From Chrysomallon squamiferum (taxonomy: Eukaryota > Animalia > Mollusca): a DNA stretch of 64,000 bases. Under the pieces are notes generated by a model, which saw nothing but the letters and a program-made list of their open reading frames with translations, was not told the DNA's origin and ran no database searches. Position numbers and translations under genes: made by a program. Positions 46,288-59,296 of this stretch are shown here, one piece after another. The stretch spans positions 8,494,001-8,558,000 of the forward strand of contig CM022676.1 in assembly GCA_012295275.1 (NCBI GenBank), given 5' to 3'. Every line of letters starts with the position of its first letter. The first letter of the stretch is position 1.

Positions 46288-46435
46288 TCTGTCCTGCAGT
46301 CTCTGGATGTGTCTGGCAAGAACTAGATGTGGCTTGTATCGACGTTTCCAGTCTTCAGCAGTCAAAGTCGATTTCTGACAGTGAAATCTGCTTCTGTGCT
46401 CTGTCTCCCAGGACGACGAAGATTCCCGAAACCTT
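46288..46435 (-). CDS. Unknown gene exon 2 RFRESSSSWETEHRSRFHCQKSTLTAEDWKRRYKPHLVLARHIQRLQDR
   Basis: ttttttccttcag acceptor and gtgagt donor; open frame with GC above the flanks. Confidence 0.8.
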
Positions 46436-46544
46436 CTGAAGGAAAAAAGCAATAACTTAATTCATAATGAATAAATAATACACTCATTGGGCAGATCAGC
46501 ACATACCACGACCTTTGTTAATTAAAACTTAGAGGTGTGAAACT

Positions 46545-48531
46545 ACTAGTAATTAAGGACTGACTAACAGAACTGCTGGAACATTCGGTTCATGACATCA
46601 TGTTTATGACGTTATTACTACGTCACTAGTAATTACTAGTAATTAAGGACTGACTATCAGAACCGCTGGCTGTTCATGACGTTATTACTACGTCACTAGT
46701 AATTAAGGATTGACTAACAGAACTGCTGGAGCATTCTGTTCATGACGTTATTACTACATCACTAGTAATTACTAGTAATTAAAGACTGACTAATAGAACT
46801 GCTGGAACATTCGGTTCATGACGTTATTACTACATCACTAGTAATTACTAGTAATTAAAGACTGACTAATAGAACTGCTGGAACATTCGGTTCATGACGT
46901 CATGTTTATGACGTTATTACTACGTCACTAGTAATTACTAGTAATTAAAGACTGACTAACAGCACTGCTGGAACATTCTGTTCATGACGTCATGTTTATG
47001 ACGTTATTACTACGTCACTAGTAATTACTAGTAATTAAAGACTGACTAACAGCACTGCTGGAACATTCTGTTCATGACGTTATTACTATATCACTAGTAA
47101 TTACTAGTAATTAAAGATTGACTAACAGAACTGCTGGAACATTCTGTTCATGACGTCATGTTTATGACGTTATTACTACGTCACTAGTAATTAAGGATTG
47201 ACTAACAGAACTGCTGGAACATTCTGTTCATGACGTTATTACTACATCACTAGTAATTACTAGTAATTAAAGACTGACTAACAGCACTGCTGGAACATTC
47301 TGTTCATGACGTTATTACTACATCACTAGTAATTACTAGTAATTAAAGACTGACTAACAGCACTGCTGGAACATTCTGTTCATGACGTTATTACTATATC
47401 ACTAGTAATTACTAGTAATTAAAGACTGACTAACAGCACTGCTGGAACATTCGGTTCATGACGTCATGTTTATGACGTTATTACTACGTCACTAGTAATT
47501 ACTAGTAATTAAGGATTGACTAACAGAACTGCTGGAACATTCTGTTCATGACGTCATGTTTATGACGTTATTACTACGTCACTAGTAATTAAGGATTGAC
47601 TAACAGAACTGCTGGAGCATTCTGTTCATGACGTTATTACTACATCACTAGTAATTACTAGTAATTAAAGACTGACTAATAGAACTGCTGGAACATTCTG
47701 TTCATGACGTCATGTTTATGACGTTATTACTACGTCACTAGTAATTAAGGATTGACTAACAGAACTGCTGGAGCATTCTGTTCATGACGTTATTACTACA
47801 TCACTAGTAATTACTAGTAATTAAGGATTGACTAACAGAACTGCTGGAGCATTCTGTTCATGACGTTATTACTACATCACTAGTAATTACTAGTAATTAA
47901 AGACTGACTAATAGAACTGCTGGAGCATTCTGTTCATGACGTTATTACTACGTCACTAGTAATTACTAGTAATTAAAGACTGACTAACAGCACTGCTGGA
48001 ACATTCTGTTCATGACGTTATTACTACGTCACTAGTAATTACTAGTAATTAAAGACTGACTAACAGCACTGCTGGAACATTCTGTTCATGACGTTATTAC
48101 TACGTCACTAGTAATTACTAGTAATTAAAGACTGACTAACAGAACTGCTGGAACATTCGGTTCATGACGTTATTACTACGTCACTAGTAATTACTAGTAA
48201 TTAAAGACTGACTAACAGCACTGCTGGAACATTCTGTTCATGACGTTATTACTACGTCACTAGTAATTACTAGTAATTAAAGACTGACTAACAGCACTGC
48301 TGGAACATTCGGTTCATGACGTCATGTTTATGACGTTATTACTACGTCACTAGTAATTACTAGTAATTAAAGACTGACTAACAGCACTGCTGGAACATTC
48401 TGTTCATGACGTCATGTTTATGACGTTATTACTACATCACTAGTAATTACTAGTAATTAAAGACTGACTAACAGCACTGCTGGAACATTCTGTTCATGAC
48501 GTCATGTTTATGACGTTATTACTATATCACT
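46545..48531. repeat. Modular minisatellite with 66-90 bp units, about 25 copies
   Basis: 76-bp common unit ACTAGTAATTACTAGTAATTAAAGACTGACTAACAGCACTGCTGGAACATTCTGTTCATGACGTTATTACTACGTC, with optional 10- and 14-bp modules. Confidence 0.95.
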
Positions 48532-48930
48532 TCATTACGCTACATTTCTGTCTTAGCCTAATGAATGATTTAAACCTACTTTCGGTAAGCAGAACAAGGA
48601 TTATTAGTTTTTGTTGCAAACAGATATGTCCAGAGATATTCTAACTGTAAGAGAGGCTATGGAACATCATGCATATTAATATACTGCTCAAGTAACATTT
48701 GGAAAATGGAACTGATCCCAATACCCAAAAGGCTAACGTTTGAAAATACTTATTTTATTCTAATGCTTTGGTGTTGTTTTTCTGTGAAACTAATGAAGCT
48801 TAAGATTCTGGATTACTAATCTTAGAGGAAATCAAGAAACGAGTTTAGTACACATTGCTTGACGATTTTAAATAAATTCGGAGATGTCGAGGCTATAAAA
48901 TTGTGTGTGTATGTGTGTGTGTGTGTGTGT

Positions 48931-48961
<31 letters not shown>

Positions 48962-51571
48962 ACATGGTGATTTTCCAGAATTCGTTGTTAACTGTCAAGG
49001 GTCTCCACAATGGCCTCCAAAAATGTAGGTCCAACACTGTGAATGATCTTAAGATTCATCTCTGATTTACTCTATAATCTGATTAGGCAGAAGCTACAAG
49101 AAAAATGAACCAGTTCTGTCGCTTTTAATCCTTTAGTTGGTCTTCGGGAAAGATTTATCTTAGTCTCCTAGACTGTACAACGAAATTTCGACCAAAGATT
49201 TAGTCCATGCTGCTAGACTGAATGTCAAAACAACACTTGCTTCTCAGAAAACAAAAATATTTTTCAACCATATGATGACATACAGATCTTTGCAAACGGC
49301 ATGAAATTAACAAATAACATTTCATGTCTACGGCAAAATGTGCATAAAACCCGTGAGTAAATAACACATATAACAGCATGTCTTGGACAGAACTCAGAGG
49401 CAAGGTTATATGCTGTATCCACGGAATGCGTGCGTTAACAGTTTTCTGAACGGAACCATACCAAGACTTGTTCACACTCGCATACAAGATCCTTCTTGGT
49501 GAAAACTCAAAGGTGATTAAAGTGAAAATTTAATTACTGCATACAAGCGCACATTTAAGCAGATATTTGATAGATACGTGCTAAAATATCTGCGTCCACA
49601 TTCACACAACAAGAAACTTCAGGAAAAATTCATCAGTATTGTTTGTGATGACGTCAAGAATACAGAATAATTCTTATGCCCAGATATTTTTTAAACTGTG
49701 CTCTTTTGTGGTTTATTTTCTTGGTGATTACTCTGGACAGTTAATAAATAAATAAATAAATAAATAAAATTACTACTAATACTAATACTACTATACCTAC
49801 TACTAATACTACTACTACTATACTACTACTACTATTACTACTACTACTACTACTACTTAAATAATAATAAACAATAAATAAATAAACAAAACTTTAAACA
49901 ATTTCTGCCTCTCTACATTAAATTCAGCTCAACGTTAAACCTGCGACAAAAAACACATAACACGTATTTGTACATTTATTTGAAGGTGACATGCCAAAAA
50001 TCGCGCGCACTCAGAAATTATATCACCTTATTTGACTGCAAATACAATCAGCGAACCGCCTTAGATAAGTCTTTACTGAATAAACCTGGCCAATTACATA
50101 TCCCTCTACTTTTCAGGTGTCGCCTTTGTTCACTGGAATGTGCACGCCGTAGACTTGACAAAGAACCAGTCATTCACTAAAGACGAATATATTATTTTTT
50201 CTTTACTTCACAAAGACTCCATGGAGGTGGTAAGCGGCTTAATGAAAACAAACAGGGCTGTATCGTTTTCTCGCCCCGTGTTCAGTGTGATACGCCGAAC
50301 TAAATATTAATACGCGGAGGTCAGACGTATAAATATAGTTCCGTTCTTTGACCTTTTATCTTCTTTTTTTTTTTTTTTGTCTTATTTTCATTATGTCAGA
50401 TTCTTTTCTCTTTTTCTTTTTCTTTCTTTCATCTCTTATTTTCATTATGTCACATTCTTTTCTCTTTTTCTTTCTTTATTATTATTAAAAAATTTTTATT
50501 CCTTTTCTTTCTAGCTTCCTTTCTTCTTCTTTTTTTTCTTTCCTTCACTTCTTTTCCTTTTTTTTTTTCCCCTCTGTTTCATTTTTTTTTTCTTTTTCTT
50601 TTTTCTTTTTTTTTTTTTTTTTTTTTTGCAGATCAAAAGGTGAAGCCGAATGCGCAGCGAGATCAAATAAAATCCGTCTGATGCAGGTGAATTTAGTGCG
50701 AACCTGTTGTCAGGAAACTAGTTTATGGCGGCGGTTTCCAGGTTTCAGGCCGAAGTGTATCGATGTAATAATAAAGGCTCTGCAAGCGCTACGGCTTTCC
50801 GATAATTTCTTCGTCTTTTTTTTTTTTCTTCTTTAGGCTTTTGTCACTCTCTGTCTTTTGTTTTATTTTATTTCATTTTTATTTCTGTGTTATTATTTTT
50901 CAAGAGTTGTTTTATTTATTTAACGTTTTGGTGGGGGGATAGCGGTGTGAAGATGTAGCATTTATTAGAATTTAAAAAGTTTGATGAATAGAAATAAATT
51001 AAAAAACAAAATGTCGGTGTTCTTTTTGTTTGTTTGTTTTTGTTTGTTTGTTTTTATTTTATTTTATTTATTGCTTTTATTATTTTTGTTCTTTATCGTT
51101 TTGTTTTGTTTCGTTCATTTCTTAATATTTATTTTATTTTATTTTATTTGTGGGACAAATATTTCTTTGTTCAGTTTTCTTTTATCTTTCTTAATACGTA
51201 TTCTCTGCTTCTAGACTTTTAATCTTTCTATTTGTTGTCTTCTATATTTTCTTTTTTATTAATTTCCTCGTTTCTCAATTTTCCTCTTCTTTTCTTATAT
51301 TTCGTTAGTACTAATCCGGCTTTATTTGTATCTGTATTTCTTGTTTTGATGGTTTGTATTCTTTCGTTGTCATTTTCTCTGTATTTATTTCCTCCTCTCA
51401 AGCATTATCATAATCTTCTTCTTCTTCTTCTTCTTTGTCTTGCTGCACTGGCGCACAGTTTCATAATAACTTAAAATACATTAAAATATTTGGGGGGGGG
51501 GGTTTTTTTTTTTAATTTAATTTTTTTTAATTTTACTTTATTTTATTTTTATTTTATGATTAATTTTTTTG

Positions 51572-51625
<54 letters not shown>

Positions 51626-51914
51626 TTGTTATTATTTATTATTATATGAGGAATTTTTTTAATCAAAAATAACAATATTAAAAGAGTTTTTATAAACGAA
51701 AATAGGACTGTATTTCTGCAAAATGAAATCGGTTCATAATTACATTTTAAAATGTATTTCACTCTCATGAAAGCAGTTCAATGAATGGATTTAGTATTAA
51801 ATAAATAACGGAAACAAAGAAGAAGGAGAGGAGGAGGAGAAGAAGAAAAGAAAGAAGAAAGAAAAAGAAAATATACAAATATCTGAGAAGTCGTAATCTT
51901 GGAGCTTTGAGGTT

Positions 51915-51928
51915 GTTTCCATGACAAC
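51915..51928. promoter_or_regulatory. RFX X-box-like motif GTTTCCATGACAAC
   Basis: Close match to GTTNCCATGGNAAC, about 400 bp into intron 1 of the unknown gene. Confidence 0.45.
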
Positions 51929-52148
51929 ATCCAGTACGTTACCACTGACGGTTTATCAAATGTCGTGATATGTTTTCTTAAATAAAGTCATAGGCAATAA
52001 ACAGGTAAATGATTCCTTAATGTTGACTGCTAAAAGAGGTGCCGATTACCGGCTTCAGAGAATTTACTGAACCATATAACATTGCTATAAAGTATAGTGT
52101 CTATCTAATAGCATTTAATTATATACTAGTATTCAGAATGACAGACTG

Positions 52149-52243
<95 letters not shown>

Positions 52244-52317
52244 GAGAGAGAGAGTGTGTGTGTTATAACCAAAGTGCAAGTTAGATGTTAACTGTGTTAT
52301 TATTAATAATACCTTAC

Positions 52318-52418
52318 CTGTCCTCTCCGAAAATAACCGAACCACTTCGGCAAACATCGGAATAGCAGTTATTATTTAATCGTGGAAAGTTCGTTGACGT
52401 CATGTGTGTAGTATTCAT
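52318..52418 (-). CDS. Unknown gene exon 1 MNTTHMTSTNFPRLNNNCYSDVCRSGSVIFGED(R)
   Basis: ATG, open frame and cag|gtaagg donor in phase 2, compatible with the exon starting at 46435. Confidence 0.6.
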
Positions 52419-54556
52419 AAAAGATCTGATTTTATTGAAACGATTAAAATGACATTTTGTCGGACAGGTTACTGTTTTTGAATGTTTTTTTGTTGTTGTT
52501 GTTTTCTTCTCTTTTTTGTCAGTCTGTCCAGAGAAACTGTTTATGTTCTATTGTTGTTTTGTTTTAGTTTCTATGTATATTTATTTGTATGTATTGTAAG
52601 TCATACAAGTATTTAGGAATATGTTTTAAAGATGATTAAGTGTCTTGCTTATACTGAAAATAAGAGAAAAACATAAATATTTCAATATCTTAAGAAGAGA
52701 ATCTGCGTTCAAACTGCAATGATCGTTTCACATAAACCTATTTTTGTACGTTTCAAAATCTTCCACGATTTGAAGTTCCATGTAATGAACAACCATTCAA
52801 TGTTAAAGAGTTCAGTCTTGCAACAGAAAAACCAGAAATGTAACTATCCTTTCTTTTTTTAGTCTTTTCTTCGTTGATTTCGTCCTTTCTTCGTCCCTTC
52901 TTCTTCTTTTTCTTCTTTGTTTTTTCCTCTCTTCGTTTAATAAGTGAATCTTAAACAAAATAATTTGCAAAAATAATTGTCATTTTCTTCTTTATTAAAT
53001 TCTCACCTCCTTTCTCTTTCTCACATAAATTAATTATTTAGTCTTAAGACAATTAAAAATGTGAGAACTGCAGCGCAAGAGACATCCAGAAAATTAATTC
53101 AATACTTGTATATCCAAAAGAATATCACAAAGTTTGCTGCTTTAACAAACAAAATTTTCTTTTCGATGGGAGTATCTAAATTTTCGTCCAAGTGATGCGA
53201 GAATTTCGCTGTAACAGTCACAGAAATTCGACACGATTGATGTTCAGTATCTTAATATATTCTAGCAAATATTTAGATAACTTTTGTCGTACAAAATGAT
53301 TTACGTTATCCAGTAAATATTCACAGTTCTTTTCTTTTTTGTTTCATTTCTTTTCTGTTTTTTCTTTCTTTCTTTCTTTCTTTTCTTTCAGAAGAGAAAA
53401 ATGATCCCTGTTTGTTTATAGAGGGCGGGGAAAGCTGTTGTTGTTTTGTTCTTTCATTTCATTTACTTTATTGTTATGATGTTTTAGAACACCTTGAATT
53501 TCCATGTCATTAAACTTCTATAGCAGTTTTCACTCCCATAACACATAGAAATTTTCTTTTTAAAAACAAAACAAAGAATAAGGTGTCATTGTCTATATGA
53601 TTCATATGATCCATTTTCCTTCCCGTACACACGATAGAATCAGTCTCTACAATTAATCTTTAAGAAGAAAAAAAAATAAGAAAAAATATTCGTATCATTT
53701 TCAAATTATCGTCTGCCACTTCGACATAACGTTAGACTGGCTCGAACCGAATAACTGGTTTTTAAATATGATCCGCTTCTACAACTCCCCAAAGTATTAT
53801 TGTTGTTACTGCAACGACCTCAACACAAACTAATCAACGACAAATAACGCAGCACAATGTGGTCATATTGAACACCGTTAAATGCAGTAAATCAATTGCC
53901 TGACTTTCCATGATTCTTTTCAAGCGATTATTTTAGCATAATCGCAATCGGCTAAAAAATGATCAATGGAAAAAAGCTCGTTCTTTCTGACAGGGTCACG
54001 TTTCAATAAATGTAGCCTTATCGATCTACGACAGTTTATTTCTTTAAAGTCCTTTTTTTTTGGATTTCCTTTTGCTAACAGAACATGTAATTTATGAATA
54101 CAATTACTGTACTTTTAGCACAACACGGAGAAATTAATCTGATATGAAGTACAAACGCAGGTTCAATGATAGAATTCGCACCTAACGCTCGAGTCCTTAC
54201 CTCTATTTCATTTATTTATTTATTTTTATATTATAAAAGTCATTTCGTCTTGAAAGTTACTTACACCATTTAATACTGCTTCGTCACTGAAGTTTATGAA
54301 CCCAGACACCTGTGCGAGAGAATAATAATAAGGTTAAAAAAAAATTAAACAAAATAAACAAAATAATAAGAATGAAACCCTTGGTAATTTTAAAAGATGT
54401 TTTCTTTTTTTCTTTCTAATTTTTTGTTTGTTTGTTTGTTTTTGTTTTTCAATCTCTCCAAAGAAACTGCTTATGTTTTGTTGTTGTTGTCTTGTTTTTG
54501 TTTAGGTAAAGCAGAAGAAACTGCTGTTAATCTTGCCCTGTTATATTTATCTTTTC

Positions 54557-54647
<91 letters not shown>

Positions 54648-55404
54648 TTAACAACACCACCACTACTACTACTAATGATGATGATAATGATGATAGTAGT
54701 GGTACAAAATACGAATATATATATTTTTTATGTACCTACAAATACACATGCATTTTTTTTTATGTACGTTCTTATTTATTTATTTATTATTATTATTATT
54801 TTATATGATAATAACTCATTATCAAAATTTGTATTAGAGTGTTTTCTTTGTTAATTTCAAAAAAAAAAAAAAAAAAAAATGAATAAAAGATAACAAACAC
54901 AGAAATTACCCAGTCATTCGAAATGATTTTTTATTCATCATACTGACACATTGCAGTTGTTGTTGTTGTTGTTTTGTTTTATGAGAAATTCTTTATATCT
55001 TTCCTTTGGCATTTTGTTTGTTCCTTTTAAATAAAGAACAATCGCGATGACGTCATTATAGAAACCGAAGCGGTGTTGCTGTTTTCTTTCCGATTAGTTA
55101 CGGATTAAATATTTTACATCCGCTCATATTCCACTGCGGAACCAGTATTTTGATTGGGAAGTCTGGATTGATTAATGCTAACAAGAAACATGATCGAAAA
55201 TCAAAACATAACTACTTAACTGCAATCAAGACTTTTTTTTTCTAATTATTTTGTTGTTGTTATTATTTTGTGGCGTTTTTCTTTTGCTTGTTTGTTTCAT
55301 TTTATTACCATATATCGGTTTTGTAACAACAACAATAATAAAAAGTAAATTAAATGTGTTATGGGTTAAATGCTTATTATTTTGTTCGTCTGTTGCTTGT
55401 TTGA

Positions 55405-55441
<37 letters not shown>

Positions 55442-55519
55442 GTTATTATTTTACCATTTATTCCCTTGAGCAATGGAAATTGTAGCAGATCTCTGGTAGA
55501 GTTATCTTTCTTGATAAAT

Positions 55520-55577
55520 GTAACTTCCGGTAGATGTCAGGCATATCGGCCTCTTTTTCGCCTTCACTGCAAGAAAG
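55520..55577 (+). promoter_or_regulatory. RPS19: RPS19 core promoter: ETS/GABP-like ACTTCCGG, TCT/5'TOP start CTCTTTTTCGCC and non-coding exon 1 (about 55551-55577)
   Basis: Polypyrimidine initiator typical of ribosomal protein genes, followed by an aag|gtacgg donor. The next exon starts exactly at the ATG. Confidence 0.8.
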
Positions 55578-56207
55578 GTACGGCGTGTTTTAAAACAGAG
55601 TTGTTTAACTTCGATTATGTCATATTATCAATAAAGTAAAAAGAGAATCATTAATAATAAAATTGGCCATGATTACCGATACATATTTTGTAATATATGG
55701 TGGTTTAACTGTTTATCACAGATGTATTACTTAATAAATGCAGACACAAACGGACCATGTGTATCATGGCATCCGCCATTTTTATTCTGTCCATGTGTGT
55801 ATTGTGAACCAAACTGATATAAACAGTATATATTAACGTTTATTAGGGAAACAAATTTTTCATTTACATATGAAGTGATAAAAAATTTCAAATCCATGAT
55901 AACATTCATATTGGTGAAACATGAAGGTTGTTGTAAAATAAATAATTTAATAGAACCCAGGGAGGATAAATCGTTGGACATCGCTCATCAGAATTAAAAT
56001 TAATATTTAAACTTTAACTGATAAATAATAATAATAATAATAATAATAATGTTATTTTGATATTACCAGCAGTTAAAAATGATATATTACAAATAAATCA
56101 TTGTTATAAGTGTAACAAGAATGTAAGTCACAAGCGTACAACATGCATGTTTTTTAATTTATTTATTATTTAAATTATTATTATATATTTTGTTTTTGTT
56201 TTGACAG

Positions 56208-56275
56208 ATGGGTATCAGTGTGAAGGACGTAAATCAACATGAATTTACAAAGGCCTTGGCTGCCTTCCTTAAAAA
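56208..56275 (+). CDS. RPS19: 40S ribosomal protein eS19 coding exon 1 MGISVKDVNQHEFTKALAAFLK(K)
   Basis: Matches the eS19 N-terminus (VKDVNQQEFVRALAAFLKK). Confidence 0.97.
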
Positions 56276-56680
56276 GTGAGCTTTTAAAAAATAATAATAA
56301 TGTTCAAATAGTATTAGCAAATGTTTTATTCAGTTTAATAACTTTACCATAAGTGTTGTATCTATTTCACTAATGTATTGTGTGTTGAATATATTAATAA
56401 AAAAAAACACATTGTTAAGATTGTTTTTTAAACTTCTCAGATGATTTTTTTTATCAAACTCAGATTTTCAGTAGAATCTGGTAATTTTTTTCAGTTACCA
56501 CAAGCTGATCTTCTAAGTGTTGATTATTGTCAAATTGTTTATGTATAATTGTTTATTGCTCTATATTTTTTTAAACTTACTAAATTTACAAAAATTAAAA
56601 TTAATCTTGTAATTTTATTGCTGATCATTTTCATTAATAATGGAAAAACAATAAAAGATGTTTCTCTTTCTTGTCTTTAG

Positions 56681-56781
56681 GTCTGGAAAAATGAAGATAC
56701 CAGACTGGGTTGATATTGTTAAGCTGGGAATTTTCAATGAATTAGCACCGTATGATGAAGATTGGTTTTATATCCGTGCAG
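56681..56781 (+). CDS. RPS19: eS19 exon [33 protein letters not shown]
   Basis: Conserved ELAPYDxxWFY motif; canonical splice sites. Confidence 0.97.
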
Positions 56782-57943
56782 GTAACTTCAGTATTGTTTG
56801 GATTCTTTCCTCCTCACCATACTCATTAACCTTTTCAGTAACTGTAAAATATTAATGATGCTTCAAATCAGTGGCTCTAACATTTGGTTTAAACAGACTT
56901 GTAAAATTGTGAAAGTTATTGCAGATCCCAAATGACATTGGCATCTGGCAACAAACTGTCATAAGTGAAGATGAATTTTTCAGTTGCTTTCCGTAATTTA
57001 AATTTTTATTTCTTCTAAAATGTAGGAAAAACAGAATTTAAAAATCTGTCATTATAAATAAATACTGTTAGGTATTTTAAAATTATTGTTTATATTGTCA
57101 GTGAATTAGCTTATAACAGATATGTATCAGCTAAAAGTGAATTTTGTTAATATATAATCCAATAGTTTAAAGGTTAACATAATAGCCAAGTGGGCATTGA
57201 TGAACTGAATAACAGTCTAGGATGAAACCTGTAACAGTTGCTATGGTTTGGACTCGGATAGTTTTCAGTGTACCATTTCATGATATTACATGCTAAAGCT
57301 CATGAGACATAGCACAGCAGTGTATAAAGTATGGAACAGTGTAGTAAATAAGAAATGATTATTTCAGTATTTTAATTCTTTAACTGCACATTAAGGATTG
57401 CGTAATTATGATCTTTGATACTAGAAGTATGAAAAAAGGATATTTTCTGAACTGTTGATTTTTATCATTTTAAATAGCCCTGTTAACAAAGTAAATAAAA
57501 CTGTAAAATGCATATGTATGTCTGCCACGAAAGAAAGATCAAATTCTCAAAACTGAGAACACAGTTGTTAAATGAAATTTGAAATTCATGGCTCATGGAA
57601 GTGTTTGAACAAGCTATTTATGATATGAAGGAAAAGTTCCATTGGAAATTTGTCTGTTATAAGAACTAATTACATCTGAAATACTTGTTATTAAACAAAT
57701 TAATAAAATATAATAAACAGTCACAGGAAGATAAATTATGAAGAAATGTTTGTGTGACAGTGCTTTAATATCTATATGCATTGTAAATTTGTATTAAAAT
57801 TTACATTATTCATATATATACTAATTCTTTGTGGTTTTTTGTTTTTAAAGTAAAGAATTGTAAAATGAATCATTGTGTTTGCTGTGAGCGCTGGAAACAA
57901 TGTTTTCTAAATTTATTTATTTATATATTTATTTTTCTTTCAG

Positions 57944-58012
57944 CCTCTGTATGCAGACATTTGTACATCAGGTCACCAGTAGGTGTAGGAGGTCTTACAA
58001 AGATTTATGGAG
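57944..58012 (+). CDS. RPS19: eS19 exon (A)SVCRHLYIRSPVGVGGLTKIYG
   Basis: Conserved RHLYxR..GVG..TKIYG motif. Confidence 0.97.
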
Positions 58013-58632
58013 GTATGAATTTTCTTTTTATGATTACATCTGTTTCTAATTTTAATTCCTTTTCTGTTCTGTTTCTCTTTGTTTTGTCACAGTATTAAAA
58101 ATGTGTGTAAATTGCAGCAGATTTCAGTACACTAGCAGCTGCTTCTTGTTGCTTTCTTTTTTAAGTTTGAACCTGTAACCATGTTAATGGTCAAAATACT
58201 GAGAATGTTTTTCTCATTGCATTTCTTTTGCTATATTGTATATGCACTTATTTCCATAGATACGTAATTATATTCTCTCTGCAATATTACATTTTGTTCT
58301 TTAAGAATAATATAAAATGGTGAATTATCTTTGTAAATTTAAACATGTTTAAAATATTGATGTTTTCAGATCTCATTAATCTGTTGAAATTTAAAAGTAA
58401 TAACTGAGTACACAGCAAAAGTCTTAATTTGTAATAAAAATCAAATTACTGAGTGTCCAGGAGGAAATAATTTTGAATTTAATTTTATTATTATTGTTTT
58501 ATATTTTTTAGCTTTATTCCTTTCATTTTACTATTACAGTTTTACATGCTTGGTTACTGCAGCCATGCATAAATTAGTTTCTAATTCATTCAAAGGATTT
58601 GTGTCTGTATTAAATACTTACTTTAACTTCAG

Positions 58633-58750
58633 CTAACAAAAGGAATGGAACATGTCCAAGTCATTACCACAAGAGCAGCCCATCAGTGGCTCGCAAAATT
58701 CTCCAGGCTCTGGAAGCTCTTAAACTTATTGAGCAGGACCCAAACACTGG
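58633..58750 (+). CDS. RPS19: eS19 exon (A)NKRNGTCPSHYHKSSPSVARKILQALEALKLIEQDPNT(G)
   Basis: Conserved RNG..PSH and SVAR..LQALE motifs. Confidence 0.97.
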
Positions 58751-59136
58751 GTGAGTCTCAAAAATATAAATAGAAGTATAAAAAATAGACGTTTTTGTTA
58801 TCACAGAAATCTTTCTGCAGCTGGCTTTGATATTGAGTAGAGTAGCCAGACTGAGGCATTACAGTTCCCATCTAATTGAGAAATAATAAATTTGGCCATT
58901 TTATTAACACTAAAAACTGAACTGAAAATAAAATATTAATAAGTTACCAATCAGAACAGTGTTTGTGAAGTATGACCAAATAGCCAAAAATATTTTAAAA
59001 ATATAGAAAAAAGATACTGTTAAATTTGTATAAATCTGAACTGCCATCATTTTGATTTTTACCTTCCTCAGTTATAAAAATAAATTAAAATTTTGTTTAA
59101 CATTATTAATTTTCAAACTTATTTGTTTTCTTTCAG

Positions 59137-59296
59137 AGGAAGAAAGTTGACATCACAGGGACGTAGGGATCTTGACAGAATTGCTTCTCAGATCAAGTCA
59201 AAAAAGAAGAGTGACAAAAAGGCTGCTGTAGCTGCTGCTGCACCTGCAGCCACTCCAGCCGCTCCAGCTGCAGCACCTGCTGTTGCCACAGCATAA
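59137..59296 (+). CDS. RPS19: eS19 last exon GRKLTSQGRRDLDRIASQIK plus Ala/Pro tail, ending in TAA
   Basis: Conserved GRKLT.QG.RDLDRIA motif; ATTAAA near 59318. Confidence 0.97.

Noticed and set aside
46545-48531. CRISPR array or hammerhead-ribozyme satellite
   Set aside because: No spacers, and I saw no CTGANGA...GAAA core on either strand.
48990-49320. Reverse-transcriptase-like fragments (QGSP, VNDL, YDDIQIF..NGMKL)
   Set aside because: The motifs are not in one open frame, the spacing is wrong and there is no YADD. This cannot be distinguished from chance without an HMM search.
48580-50299. Extra minus-strand exons (48580-48644 and 50254-50299) for the unknown gene
   Set aside because: They are frame-compatible only as a pair, one has a weak GTTTGT donor, and exon 1 already joins exon 2 in phase.
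50632-50686. Plus-strand exon-like segment after a long pyrimidine tract
   Set aside because: No partner exons were found, and the tract is low-complexity T/C sequence.
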